Source: an uncultured virus (IMG/VR IMGVR_UViG_3300044641_005543) (taxonomy: Duplodnaviria > Heunggongvirae > Uroviricota > Caudoviricetes). From it: 20,000 nt of DNA. The DNA is taken from the IMG/VR virus record IMGVR_UViG_3300044641_005543, one strand, 5' to 3'. A model generated the notes under the pieces. It was not told where the DNA came from, ran no database searches, and was given only the letters and a program-made list of their open reading frames with translations. Positions 1 through 7,492 of the stretch are shown piece by piece. Numbering within the stretch: position 1 is the stretch's first letter; every line of letters starts with the position of its first letter. A program made the position numbers and the translations under genes.

Positions 1-1290
1 AAGTATTTTAAATGTTGGAAATCTTAGACTAATACCACCATCTTGGTTTTTGGTTTCCTCAAAATACTGGACTGTGATAATCTTTCCAAGAATCTTTTTA
101 GGATGCTGATAAAATTCTTGTCTTTGGTCAATAGCGAAACCGCTACCAACCCTAACAATATGTTCCTTATGCTTAATCATCACACAAGATAGCATAGTTT
201 CTTCATGCTCTCGACCATTCAAGACATATCTAAATGGCCCCATTTCAACATCAACAACCTCATACTCGTCATCAAAAAACTTCTTAACTTTCAGAAGGTC
301 TTTGCTACGCTTGCCCTTATATGGCTCGTCTGCTCGCAGCATTATTCCTTCCCAACCATAATCAGCGGCTTCTTTAACCCACTCTTGAAAATGTTCGTCA
401 TTATGAATCAGTTCTTGTTCCAGCAGAGTAAGGCATGGACATTCGTTCTTGCTCATAGTCTCTGTCAGATTCGCCAAGCGAATAGAATACGGACGATTCT
501 TCTCGCCCTTCTTGCTATAAAATTCATCGTGCGTAATCATATCAAAAATCTTAAAAGATGGATTAGGAATAGTATGATCCTTCTTCTTTAGTTGTTTCAT
601 CACTCCCTGAAAGTCCTCATTACCATCATCATCAACAAGACAAAGTTCTCCATCAAATACTACATTAGTAATGTTAAGAGCCTTAATACCATCCCTAACG
701 ATGCCAAGAGTATCAAACTCTTTTCCCGTGCGGGAATAGAAGGTAGTATCACCATTACTATCAACAATCCCAATACATCTAGCACCATCAATTTTTCTGC
801 TAACATACCAGCCATCCTTCCAATCTACCAGTTTAGGCTCGTACTTATCTGCCAGAGCAACACTAAACTCTGGAATATGGTCAGGAATAGCCTTGTTGAT
901 AATCTTGTCACCAGCACGGGTTTTCAAATCCTTGTCGATAATACAATGAATCAGTTCCTCGTATTCAGAGTAGTGTTCGATAAAACTATTCACAGCAGAG
1001 ATAGCATCATGTCCAGTAATCTTTCGACTCTTTAGAGCATCCAACAAATCAAAGAAATTTTTATATTCGTTCTTTCTGGCTACAAGATGATTCTTCTTCT
1101 TCAAATTATCGCTGGTCACATTATATTGCCACAACGGATGATAAGTATAAAGTAAAATATTTTTAGTGAAAGATGCTGCGGCACTGTTATGTCCGCAATA
1201 ATCCAAAATAATTCCTTCCTTATCTTTAGTGCTGCTCGTAGCACGAAGATCACGAACCATTCCCATAACATAATTAAAATCGTGAATCAT
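1..1290 (-). CDS. lig: ATP-dependent DNA ligase (3' end runs off the window)
   Basis: Manual translation from ATG at 1290 (GGAG RBS upstream) gives MIHDFNYVMG..., motif I SRKIDGARC, VFDGEL, KIFD, EGIMLR, GKRSKDLLKVK, OB-fold VGSGF and SLRFPTF. Not in the ORF track because no stop falls inside the window. Confidence 0.95.
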   Translation of the reverse strand, partial: MIHDFNYVMGMVRDLRATSSTKDKEGIILDYCGHNSAAASFTKNILLYTYHPLWQYNVTSDNLKKKNHLVARKNEYKNFFDLLDALKSRKITGHDAISAVNSFIEHYSEYEELIHCIIDKDLKTRAGDKIINKAIPDHIPEFSVALADKYEPKLVDWKDGWYVSRKIDGARCIGIVDSNGDTTFYSRTGKEFDTLGIVRDGIKALNITNVVFDGELCLVDDDGNEDFQGVMKQLKKKDHTIPNPSFKIFDMITHDEFYSKKGEKNRPYSIRLANLTETMSKNECPCLTLLEQELIHNDEHFQEWVKEAADYGWEGIMLRADEPYKGKRSKDLLKVKKFFDDEYEVVDVEMGPFRYVLNGREHEETMLSCVMIKHKEHIVRVGSGFAIDQRQEFYQHPKKILGKIITVQYFEETKNQDGGISLRFPTFKIL

Positions 1291-1315
1291 CCAAAGTTTC
1301 TCCTGTATTTAGCGT

Positions 1316-1344
1316 AGTATACCATACGCTATCTGTATTGTCAA
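1316..1344 (-). promoter_or_regulatory. sigma70-type promoter upstream of the ligase
   Basis: TTGACA-17 bp-TATACT with an extended TG, about 25 nt before the ligase ATG. Confidence 0.75.
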
Positions 1345-1718
1345 GTATCGTCAATACGGGTCTTGCTTCTTAAATTATTTATTTTAGCAGCAAGTAAATA
1401 GTTCATGGCTTTCGTGATACTCTCAAGAGTATCTCCTAATTGTCCTAGTCCCCAATTGCAGTTTTCACAAATCCATCCTCTGAAACTATTATCATCATGA
1501 TCATGATCTAAACACCATTTATTCTTAAAAGGAATTCTTCCACAGCATTGACAAACATCTGGTTTTGGTGGTGCTTCTTTATGAAGTTGATTTCTCAATC
1601 TAGAATGTTTTTTGAGACATTGTTTGCATCGTGTATCTAATCCATCAACACGATTTTTATGTTTAGAAAAAGATTTTTTATTTTTTCTTTTTCCACAATA
1701 AATGCAAACTTTTCTCAT
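1341..1718 (-). CDS. Recombination endonuclease VII family protein with N-terminal zinc finger
   Basis: CQCCG...CLDHDHDDNSFRGWICENCNWGLG matches the Endo VII pattern; N-terminal CxxC...CxxC. Confidence 0.85.
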   Translation of the reverse strand: MRKVCIYCGKRKNKKSFSKHKNRVDGLDTRCKQCLKKHSRLRNQLHKEAPPKPDVCQCCGRIPFKNKWCLDHDHDDNSFRGWICENCNWGLGQLGDTLESITKAMNYLLAAKINNLRSKTRIDDT

Positions 1719-1834
1719 TTATGTTTCTTGAGTTGTTTCTTTAATTTTTTTAGATATCTATCTTCTGCTAATTCTTCAGGATTTTTCTTTTCCTGCTTAC
1801 GCAGTTTTTTATATATCTTTTTCCAGAAACTCAT
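1715..1834 (-). CDS. Small lysine-rich hypothetical protein (39 aa)
   Basis: MSFWKKIYKKLRKQEKKNPEELAEDRYLKKLKKQLKKHK fills the gap exactly; ATGA overlap with the Endo VII start. Confidence 0.6.
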   Translation of the reverse strand: MSFWKKIYKKLRKQEKKNPEELAEDRYLKKLKKQLKKHK

Positions 1835-1835
1835 A

Positions 1836-2378
1836 TTATACCTTTATTGATTGACTAACGTTTTTACAAAAATCTATAACTTGTTCATCAGAAAATCTGT
1901 TTCTGGCATAGTTAAACATAAGAGCAACAAAACGAATATTCCCTTTAATATAACCTTTACTATTATCTATTCTATCAACAGATGCAGAATATGGTGCTGA
2001 AATATTATCGTCACTATATTTTTTTAATACCAGTTTTTGTTTTGTGAATGGACAAATACCGCCTTGTTGTTTCCAAAGCATTTCCAAGTATTCTATATCT
2101 ACATCATAGAACTGGTTTCTCTTTTTGGAACTTTTTTTGATTACTTTCATATACCATCTAAAACCAGCATATTTATCTCTTTGTCTTGTATATTGTGTAT
2201 TTAAAAAATTATTTTTAAATTTTGTTAGATGTTGTAAATTATTTTTATTTTTCCCAGCACATTTAAGACTACAATAAAATTCAGTTTTACCCCTTTTTTT
2301 CTGTCTTTTTATTTCTGCTGCTGGTTTTTCTGTTTCCTTAGCACATACAGCACATATTATCTTAGTTTTAGTAATCAT
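1836..2378 (-). CDS. HNH-like homing endonuclease with N-terminal zinc finger
   Basis: Start revised to MITKTK (AAGGAG RBS) because the longer ORF overlaps the tmRNA; CAVC...FYCSLKC; C-terminal SVDRIDNSKGYIKGNIRFV..MFN nuclease motif. Confidence 0.75.
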   Translation of the reverse strand: MITKTKIICAVCAKETEKPAAEIKRQKKRGKTEFYCSLKCAGKNKNNLQHLTKFKNNFLNTQYTRQRDKYAGFRWYMKVIKKSSKKRNQFYDVDIEYLEMLWKQQGGICPFTKQKLVLKKYSDDNISAPYSASVDRIDNSKGYIKGNIRFVALMFNYARNRFSDEQVIDFCKNVSQSIKV

Positions 2379-2405
2379 TTGTATCTCCTTAGTTGGTAAT
2401 TTATA

Positions 2406-2412
2406 ATACACC
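2406..2412 (-). promoter_or_regulatory. GGTGTAT motif upstream of HNH gene (putative phage-specific promoter element)
   Basis: TTTTGGTGTATTATAA, 27 nt before the HNH ATG; the same heptamer precedes the other three HNH genes. Confidence 0.45.
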
Positions 2413-2438
2413 AAAAATGGAGATGAGCAAGTATTTAA

Positions 2439-2793
2439 TGGAGGCGGGCAGAGTCGAACTGCCGTGCTATCATATTTCAAATTACATTTTCTACAAGTTT
2501 ATTTTATTCATAGATTAAATAGGAGTACAGAATAAACAAGACTAATCCTATCTTACCAACTGCTCTTAACCTACAACCCGTTGGATATTGTAAGTGCAGA
2601 GGGATTTAACGACAGACTTTTGATACCTACCCTCAATCGGTATCGCAGTCTGTTACTGCCGTTTTTTATTAGGCAGCAAGGGCTAACTGATTTGTGCCAG
2701 TTAAAGCATTTGGTAGATTTTTAAAGTGGCCCTTCCACCAACCACTACTTGCCAATATAATAATCTTTATGTAGTCGAAACCTTTACGCCCCC
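2439..2793 (-). ncRNA. ssrA: tmRNA (one-piece, 355 nt), tag peptide (A)GTNQLALAA
   Basis: 5' GGGGGCGTAAAGGTTTCGAC; 3' T-arm GGCAG-TTCGACT-CTGCC then CGCCTCC-A; 7-bp acceptor stem with G3:U; PK1-like pairings AGTGGTT/GGCCACT and TTGGTGGA/TCTACCAA; tag ORF GGC ACA AAT CAG TTA GCC CTT GCT GCC TAA TAA at 2698-2666; CCA not encoded. Confidence 0.95.
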
Positions 2794-3018
2794 TTATTTC
2801 TTAAGTACACTTTTTGTATTATCTTCCCAATTTTCTAGTCTCTCAATCTCATTTTTAATCTGCTGAAATTCCATTTGACTAGTTCCACAACGCCAGAAAA
2901 CAGAATCAAATTCTAGTTTCTGTAATCTACTATAGAAATGTATATTAAATAGAAAAGACAGTAGTAGTAACCCAATTAAGAACGTATAACTTGCTAAATG
3001 ATTTGAACGATTAGTCAT
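2794..3018 (-). CDS. Hypothetical membrane protein
   Basis: Start revised to MTNRSN (AAGGA RBS); hydrophobic YTFLIGLLLLSFLFNIHF; stop abuts the tmRNA 5' end. Confidence 0.55.
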   Translation of the reverse strand: MTNRSNHLASYTFLIGLLLLSFLFNIHFYSRLQKLEFDSVFWRCGTSQMEFQQIKNEIERLENWEDNTKSVLKK

Positions 3019-3043
3019 AAATTTTGTTCCTTTTAGACGAAAT

Positions 3044-3050
3044 GGTGTAT
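3044..3050 (+). promoter_or_regulatory. GGTGTAT motif upstream of HNH gene
   Basis: AATGGTGTATGATACT, 35 nt before ATG 3086. Confidence 0.45.
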
Positions 3051-3085
3051 GATACTTTATCAAGTTTTAATCAAGGAGTTCGACT

Positions 3086-3595
3086 ATGAATCATTGTGCT
3101 AATTGCTTTAAAAAAACTAGTAATGCTAAATTTTGTTGTTTGTCTTGTAGTGCTACTTATACTAATAAAACTCATCCAAAACGAAAACCTCAATCAAATA
3201 ATAATGCTAAATGTCCTAATTGTAAAAAGAATTTTCATACTGATTATGCTACACAAATTTGTTGTTCCAAACAATGCTCAACCGAATATCGCAGACTCCA
3301 GAGTGATAAAATTATTGAACAAGAAGGTTTTGGCGATGGGCATTATCATAATCTTAGAATTAGAAAATATCTTATTAGAAAACATGGAAATAATTGCATG
3401 ATTTGCGGGCAATCTGGAGATAATTGGAATGGAAAACCCATTACTCTTATAGTAGATCATATTGATGGCAAATCCAATAATAATAAACTTAATAATCTCC
3501 GTATAGTTTGTCCAAATTGCGATTGTCAACTTCCAACATACAAAGCAAAAAATAAAGGTAATAGTTCTAGGAAATATTTTATAGTTCAAAAATAA
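3086..3595 (+). CDS. HNH endonuclease with two zinc-finger repeats
   Basis: AAGGAG RBS; CANC..FCCLSC and CPNC..CCSKQC; CMICG...LIVDHIDGKSNNNKLNNLRIVCPNC. Confidence 0.9.
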   Translation: MNHCANCFKKTSNAKFCCLSCSATYTNKTHPKRKPQSNNNAKCPNCKKNFHTDYATQICCSKQCSTEYRRLQSDKIIEQEGFGDGHYHNLRIRKYLIRKHGNNCMICGQSGDNWNGKPITLIVDHIDGKSNNNKLNNLRIVCPNCDCQLPTYKAKNKGNSSRKYFIVQK

Positions 3596-3596
3596 A

Positions 3597-3672
3597 TAGG
3601 GGATAAAGGAGTTGAACCTTTCTCTTGAACTGCTTATAAGACAGGTGACCACTACCGGCGGTCGCATCCCCC
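3597..3672 (-). tRNA. tRNA with UAU anticodon (putative tRNA-Ile), non-canonical D-arm, CCA not encoded
   Basis: GGGGGAT GC GACC GCCGGTAGT GGTC A CCTGT CT-TAT-AA GCAGT TCAAGAG AAAGG TTCAACT CCTTT ATCCCCT A; acceptor, anticodon and T arms pair; anticodon at 3638-3636. Confidence 0.85.
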
Positions 3673-3680
3673 GTGTTTGT

Positions 3681-3709
3681 ATTGTATACTATCGACCGAT
3701 CCCTGTCAA
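3681..3709 (-). promoter_or_regulatory. sigma70-type promoter for the tRNA
   Basis: TTGACA-17 bp-TACAAT; the predicted start lies just upstream of the tRNA 5' G. Confidence 0.7.
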
Positions 3710-4251
3710 CTCTTGAGATATTTTTCGTAGTAGTTGCGATAAATACTCATAATAATACCACTAGTTGTTCCAACATTTAAAGACCGTACACTTCCATAAG
3801 TAGGAATAGTTAGAACACAACTACAAGCCATAAGAATTGTTTCTGATAAACCAGCATTTTCTTCTCCAAAAATAAAAATTGGTTCATCAATATTAGAAAA
3901 ATCAAAACTAAAAGGATCGAATGTGATTTCTTTGTATTCTGGAATATTATTCTCAATAGCAATTAATGGTCGGCCAGTAGATTTAATTACTTTAATAAAC
4001 TCTTCTTCGGTTTTATAATGAAACATTGGAGTGTAGTGATGGGTTCCTACGCTACCTCTTTTATCCCATTTCTTTTTACCAACATAATGTACGCTACTAA
4101 ATCCAAAAAAATTAGCATTACGAACCATTGTGCTGAGATTAAAATCTCCACCAATATTAATCATAGCAACACTTGCTGGAATACTATTTTTATGACAATA
4201 GTTTCCGATTTCTGGCACACTCAACTCTTTAAGACTGTCTATCACGTTCAT
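3706..4251 (-). CDS. SpoU/TrmH-family (SPOUT) RNA 2'-O-methyltransferase
   Basis: Motif 1 NIGGDFNLSTMVRNANFFG, motif 2 FIFGEENAGLS, motif 3 IPTYGSVRSLNVGTTSGI; ATG at 4251 (the ORF track starts at 4257). Confidence 0.9.
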   Translation of the reverse strand: MNVIDSLKELSVPEIGNYCHKNSIPASVAMINIGGDFNLSTMVRNANFFGFSSVHYVGKKKWDKRGSVGTHHYTPMFHYKTEEEFIKVIKSTGRPLIAIENNIPEYKEITFDPFSFDFSNIDEPIFIFGEENAGLSETILMACSCVLTIPTYGSVRSLNVGTTSGIIMSIYRNYYEKYLKS

Positions 4252-4402
4252 TTTCAAGTTCTTTAAGTTTTTGTTCCCAAATTTCTCTTTGTTTATACAT
4301 TTCTATACAATTATTACAAAAATCCGAACTGATATATTCTCTAATATCTGCTAGTTTATTTTTTATCTCCCATATTTTTGTTTCTAGTTCGTGATTTAGC
4401 AT
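4229..4402 (-). CDS. Small hypothetical protein
   Basis: MLNHELETKIWEIK...FCNNC...; overlaps both neighbours; start revised. Confidence 0.5.
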   Translation of the reverse strand: MLNHELETKIWEIKNKLADIREYISSDFCNNCIEMYKQREIWEQKLKELENERDRQS

Positions 4403-4748
4403 TTGGCTTCTTCTCTTTCTTAGTTTCTTTTTGCCAGAAAACCATTTCGTTGACTTTATCATCCCAAGCACATTCAATCAAGTCTTGTGCTGCAAGTTTT
4501 GCTAGGGCAATATTGTGAATCCAAATCGCTGTTTCTTCAAAAATTTGTTCATTAGTATCTTCATCCAAAAGAGGACGATCTTCGTCATCATGACCAAGAC
4601 AAAATTCCTCCACCAAATTGGTCATTTGCTTCAATGAAATATACTCATCTAAATTATCTCTATTATCTGACGATATACTTTTCGCTGCTGCTTCACGCAT
4701 CTGTGCAGCATATCCATCTAAATCAACAATAGCATAAACTTCAGACAT
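4356..4748 (-). CDS. Hypothetical protein
   Basis: 130-aa ORF with GGAG RBS. Confidence 0.7.
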   Translation of the reverse strand: MSEVYAIVDLDGYAAQMREAAAKSISSDNRDNLDEYISLKQMTNLVEEFCLGHDDEDRPLLDEDTNEQIFEETAIWIHNIALAKLAAQDLIECAWDDKVNEMVFWQKETKKEKKPNAKSRTRNKNMGDKK

Positions 4749-4760
4749 TTTATCTCCAAT

Positions 4761-5033
4761 TTATTTGATATATTTCTTTACACCAGAACCAATTTCCATA
4801 TCATTAATATGGTCTATTGTATCTTGCATACTATACTGTCCTCTTGGAAGCCATTTAGTATCATTATAAAGAGCGGTCAAAATTTGTGGAATCCAATGTT
4901 GATGAGCCACTCCGTATTCGGTCGAAAAATATTCTTTAATTATGGTATCCATATCAGTAACCATATTTTGAATATCCTCACGATATTGTACTAATTTTTC
5001 TAGTTGTTTTTTTTGTTCAGTATTAGTGGTCAT
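4761..5033 (-). CDS. Hypothetical protein
   Basis: 90-aa ORF, ATGA-coupled to the upstream gene. Confidence 0.7.
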   Translation of the reverse strand: MTTNTEQKKQLEKLVQYREDIQNMVTDMDTIIKEYFSTEYGVAHQHWIPQILTALYNDTKWLPRGQYSMQDTIDHINDMEIGSGVKKYIK

Positions 5034-5443
5034 ACTAGTACAGATTTAAGTTTCAACTTCAAAATCTTATGTGGAGTTTTCCAAACCCCTGTTTCTTTGT
5101 TCTGAATATCTCCATTCATCCAGATATGACAAAATCCAGCATTTTTATCAAGTCCCCATGCAAGAATACCATTTTCATCAACTCTTTCTACAAGAAACTT
5201 TCCACGATAGCCCATAGGAATAAAATCGCCATGATGAACAAAGTATGGGCCACCAGCAACCTTGATTTTGTCTCCCTTTTGGAGTTCTCTCCAGTTAATA
5301 TTACGAATAATTTTTGTATTCCTATCCTCTCTGCTCTTATTCTTGAACATAAAAGGAGTATTACAATTCTTGCACATATAAGCACGGGGGCCAGTTACCG
5401 TTCCGCACTTATCGCAAGCCTTTTTGCCTCTACCAAGTCCCAT
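5030..5443 (-). CDS. Zinc-ribbon domain protein
   Basis: CDKCGTVTGPRAYMCKNC; AGGAG RBS; promoter upstream. Confidence 0.7.
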   Translation of the reverse strand: MGLGRGKKACDKCGTVTGPRAYMCKNCNTPFMFKNKSREDRNTKIIRNINWRELQKGDKIKVAGGPYFVHHGDFIPMGYRGKFLVERVDENGILAWGLDKNAGFCHIWMNGDIQNKETGVWKTPHKILKLKLKSVLV

Positions 5444-5476
5444 AGTTTAGTCTCCTGTGTTGGGTGCTATACCCTA

Positions 5477-5504
5477 AGTATATCCAAATAATCGGCATTG
5501 TCAA
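5477..5504 (-). promoter_or_regulatory. sigma70-like promoter with TGCCGAT spacer motif
   Basis: TTGACA-atgccgattatttgga-TATACT (16 bp spacer). Confidence 0.7.
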
Positions 5505-5746
5505 GAGCGTTTCTTTAGCGGTTCTTCGGTTTTTTTATCTTTGTCAGGAAAAATAGTCAATTTGCCAGGATTATAATGACAAAAATAACTACTGTGGATT
5601 CGCTTTTTAATCAGATTATCTTCTTCAATCTCAATATATACATTAATCCTATAACGATTTTCCCACACATTAATAATACGAGTCATAAGATAATGCTTGG
5701 GTTTTTCAACTTGCTTAAAAAGCAAACTTTCAATTTCAAGATCCAT
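5501..5746 (-). CDS. Hypothetical protein
   Basis: 81-aa ORF, TAATG-coupled. Confidence 0.65.
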   Translation of the reverse strand: MDLEIESLLFKQVEKPKHYLMTRIINVWENRYRINVYIEIEEDNLIKKRIHSSYFCHYNPGKLTIFPDKDKKTEEPLKKRS

Positions 5747-5949
5747 TACTTTGTAATCTCCGGTTGTTGATATGTATCCACTGAAAGAGAAATCTTGTTA
5801 TCTGATGGGTTTTGTACAACATCTGTTGGATAATAATCTAGCGTTTCCCAATCCCATACTTCTACATTGTCTTGCCAAGGAAAACTACCAGGATTTTTAA
5901 TATCGTTTGCTCTTTCATACAAATAATTATACAGATCAAGCCAAGTCAT
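5746..5949 (-). CDS. Hypothetical protein
   Basis: 67-aa ORF abutting its neighbours. Confidence 0.6.
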   Translation of the reverse strand: MTWLDLYNYLYERANDIKNPGSFPWQDNVEVWDWETLDYYPTDVVQNPSDNKISLSVDTYQQPEITK

Positions 5950-6168
5950 TTATCTGGCCCTCCGGTTTGCTCTATCAAGTTTACGAATAGTTTCAGTAGC
6001 ATTAGATGGAACAAGCACCAAACTAGGTGCGGTTTTGTGTCCCCAATCCATAAAGCCCACAGCACGATTTTCTACGCTACAATCCTTGCAGATAATTTTA
6101 CGACCAGTTTCAACAAGAAACTCATAACGATCAATGCCAACACAATTTTTGCAGTAAATACAGTTCAT
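5950..6168 (-). CDS. DksA/TraR-like C4 zinc-finger protein
   Basis: CIYCKNCVGIDRYEFLVETGRKIICKDC resembles CxxCxxxIxxxRxxxxxxxxxCxxC; GGAGG RBS; own promoter. Confidence 0.55.
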   Translation of the reverse strand: MNCIYCKNCVGIDRYEFLVETGRKIICKDCSVENRAVGFMDWGHKTAPSLVLVPSNATETIRKLDRANRRAR

Positions 6169-6187
6169 GGTTGCCTCCGTTGGGCGA

Positions 6188-6215
6188 ATTATACCATAAG
6201 CATCGGCATTGTCAA
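6188..6215 (-). promoter_or_regulatory. sigma70-like promoter with TGCCGAT spacer motif
   Basis: TTGACA-atgccgatgcttatgg-TATAAT (16 bp spacer). Confidence 0.75.
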
Positions 6216-6647
6216 CTCGTCTACTGTAGTCAAATTCCCAATACTGTCGCTAAATTTTCCATCATCAGTGCTATAATAAATATCGTTTAATCCAACAGCA
6301 CTCAATAGTTTACTACAATTTTCACAAGGTTTGCTTCCAAGAATTTTACCACATCTATTAATTCTCATGACCACAATTTTCCAAGAAGGATTAATAAAAT
6401 TATATTTATTCAGTAACTTATTGATTAAACGACTTTCACTGTGGAAAAAAGGAAACTCCTTATATTTTGGAAGATTAAAATCTTCTCCTATACGATAGGC
6501 ACCAGTATGGGTTTTAATAGGATTATTCTGAGTAAAAGCAATAAGTTTAGTGCCATCAAAAGCCGCACAATAATGATAACATCTAATCTGTTTCGTAGGA
6601 TTCCAATTCTGATATGCTTTCCGAACTGTTTTCTGAATTATTTTCAT
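6189..6647 (-). CDS. Zinc-dependent cytidine/dCMP deaminase-fold protein
   Basis: HSE...SKPCENC...GLNDIYYS (HxE and PCxxC); start uncertain (6647 or 6668). Confidence 0.8.
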   Translation of the reverse strand: MKIIQKTVRKAYQNWNPTKQIRCYHYCAAFDGTKLIAFTQNNPIKTHTGAYRIGEDFNLPKYKEFPFFHSESRLINKLLNKYNFINPSWKIVVMRINRCGKILGSKPCENCSKLLSAVGLNDIYYSTDDGKFSDSIGNLTTVDELTMPMLMV

Positions 6648-6762
6648 TCTTATGCCCAACAAAGTCATCTTTCCAACTCATTGTATCATACATCACTGAT
6701 CGGTCAACCAGTGGTGGCATCTTGATTTTTTTTGGTTCTGGTTTATTTTTAAAATTATCCAT
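6583..6762 (-). CDS. Small hypothetical protein (59 aa)
   Basis: MDNFKNKPEPKKIKMPPLVDRSVMYD...; fills the gap and overlaps the deaminase 5' end. Confidence 0.4.
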   Translation of the reverse strand: MDNFKNKPEPKKIKMPPLVDRSVMYDTMSWKDDFVGHKNENNSENSSESISELESYETD

Positions 6763-6771
6763 GATATATTC

Positions 6772-6918
6772 TCATTTACTGGCTAACATATATAAACCAA
6801 CATTCGCAAAAGCATAACCAACATATGCTATTAACATACCGATATTTCCTCTATATCCTTGTTCTAGTGCTACATACAGATATATTAATCCGGTGAGTGC
6901 TATAAGCCAACTACTCAT
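6772..6918 (-). CDS. Small two-helix membrane protein (48 aa)
   Basis: MSSWLIALTGLIYLYVALEQGYRGNIGMLIAYVGYAFANVGLYMLASK; below the ORF-track cutoff; overlaps the sulfotransferase stop. Confidence 0.7.
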   Translation of the reverse strand: MSSWLIALTGLIYLYVALEQGYRGNIGMLIAYVGYAFANVGLYMLASK

Positions 6919-7492
6919 TCTTAGTGTCCTTTATTTTATAATTGAACATTTCAAAATCTTGAGCATAAACATTATTGATCAGTTCTATTGTTTCGGTATC
7001 AAAATCATTAATTGTATATTTTTTATTTCCAGTATTTGATTTTATATTAAGACTAATATTTAGATTATATTTTTGCATTAAAGCATTAAATTCATCTAAT
7101 AAATTTTCAAATTTTAAAATATGTATAATAACATTATCATCTATATATAGATACTGCTCCGTATAATGAAAGTCTAAAGCATATCTATTTTTATATCTAT
7201 TTAATATATGCGATCTTGTCTGTTTATTAAATTCAATTATTGAGACATTTTTATTTGTTGGTGGAGTCCATCTACAATAAAATTCTGATAGAATCCTATC
7301 ATATGGATTTCTAACTACTGTAAACCAATCGTATTTTTCTTTTATATTTTGATTTATTGTACTAAAAGGTCTATGCCATCTTTGAGCATATTCTTTATGA
7401 AATCTACCCCAGTTTAATCCCGCCTTTTTACCAATATCTTCTATTGATGTTCCCGCTGTTTTAGTTATATGAATAAATTTGAGATTTTTCAT
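6911..7492 (-). CDS. Sulfotransferase family 2 protein
   Basis: 5'-PSB loop FIHITKTAGTSI and 3'-PB motif VVRNPYDRILSEF; C-terminal YAQDFEMFNY; start 7492 or 7501. Confidence 0.85.
   Translation of the reverse strand: MKNLKFIHITKTAGTSIEDIGKKAGLNWGRFHKEYAQRWHRPFSTINQNIKEKYDWFTVVRNPYDRILSEFYCRWTPPTNKNVSIIEFNKQTRSHILNRYKNRYALDFHYTEQYLYIDDNVIIHILKFENLLDEFNALMQKYNLNISLNIKSNTGNKKYTINDFDTETIELINNVYAQDFEMFNYKIKDTKNE

Noticed and set aside
205..1035. Two plus-strand ORFs (128 and 147 aa)
   Set aside because: Antisense shadows of the DNA ligase gene, in register with its codons; no recognisable motifs.
2379..2480. N-terminal 34-aa extension of ORF 1836-2480
   Set aside because: It runs through the tmRNA 3' end, and a strong AAGGAG RBS supports the start at 2378.
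3072..3085. GGAGTTCGACT, resembling a tRNA T-loop
   Set aside because: No flanking T-stem or acceptor stem; it is the RBS spacer of the HNH gene.
3278..3667. 129-aa minus-strand ORF
   Set aside because: It begins inside the tRNA and is antisense to the HNH gene.
6680..6707. Possible promoter TTGACC-16 bp-TACAAT containing CCGAT
   Set aside because: It lies within a probable small CDS and the motif is displaced relative to the other four; not counted, though it may be real.
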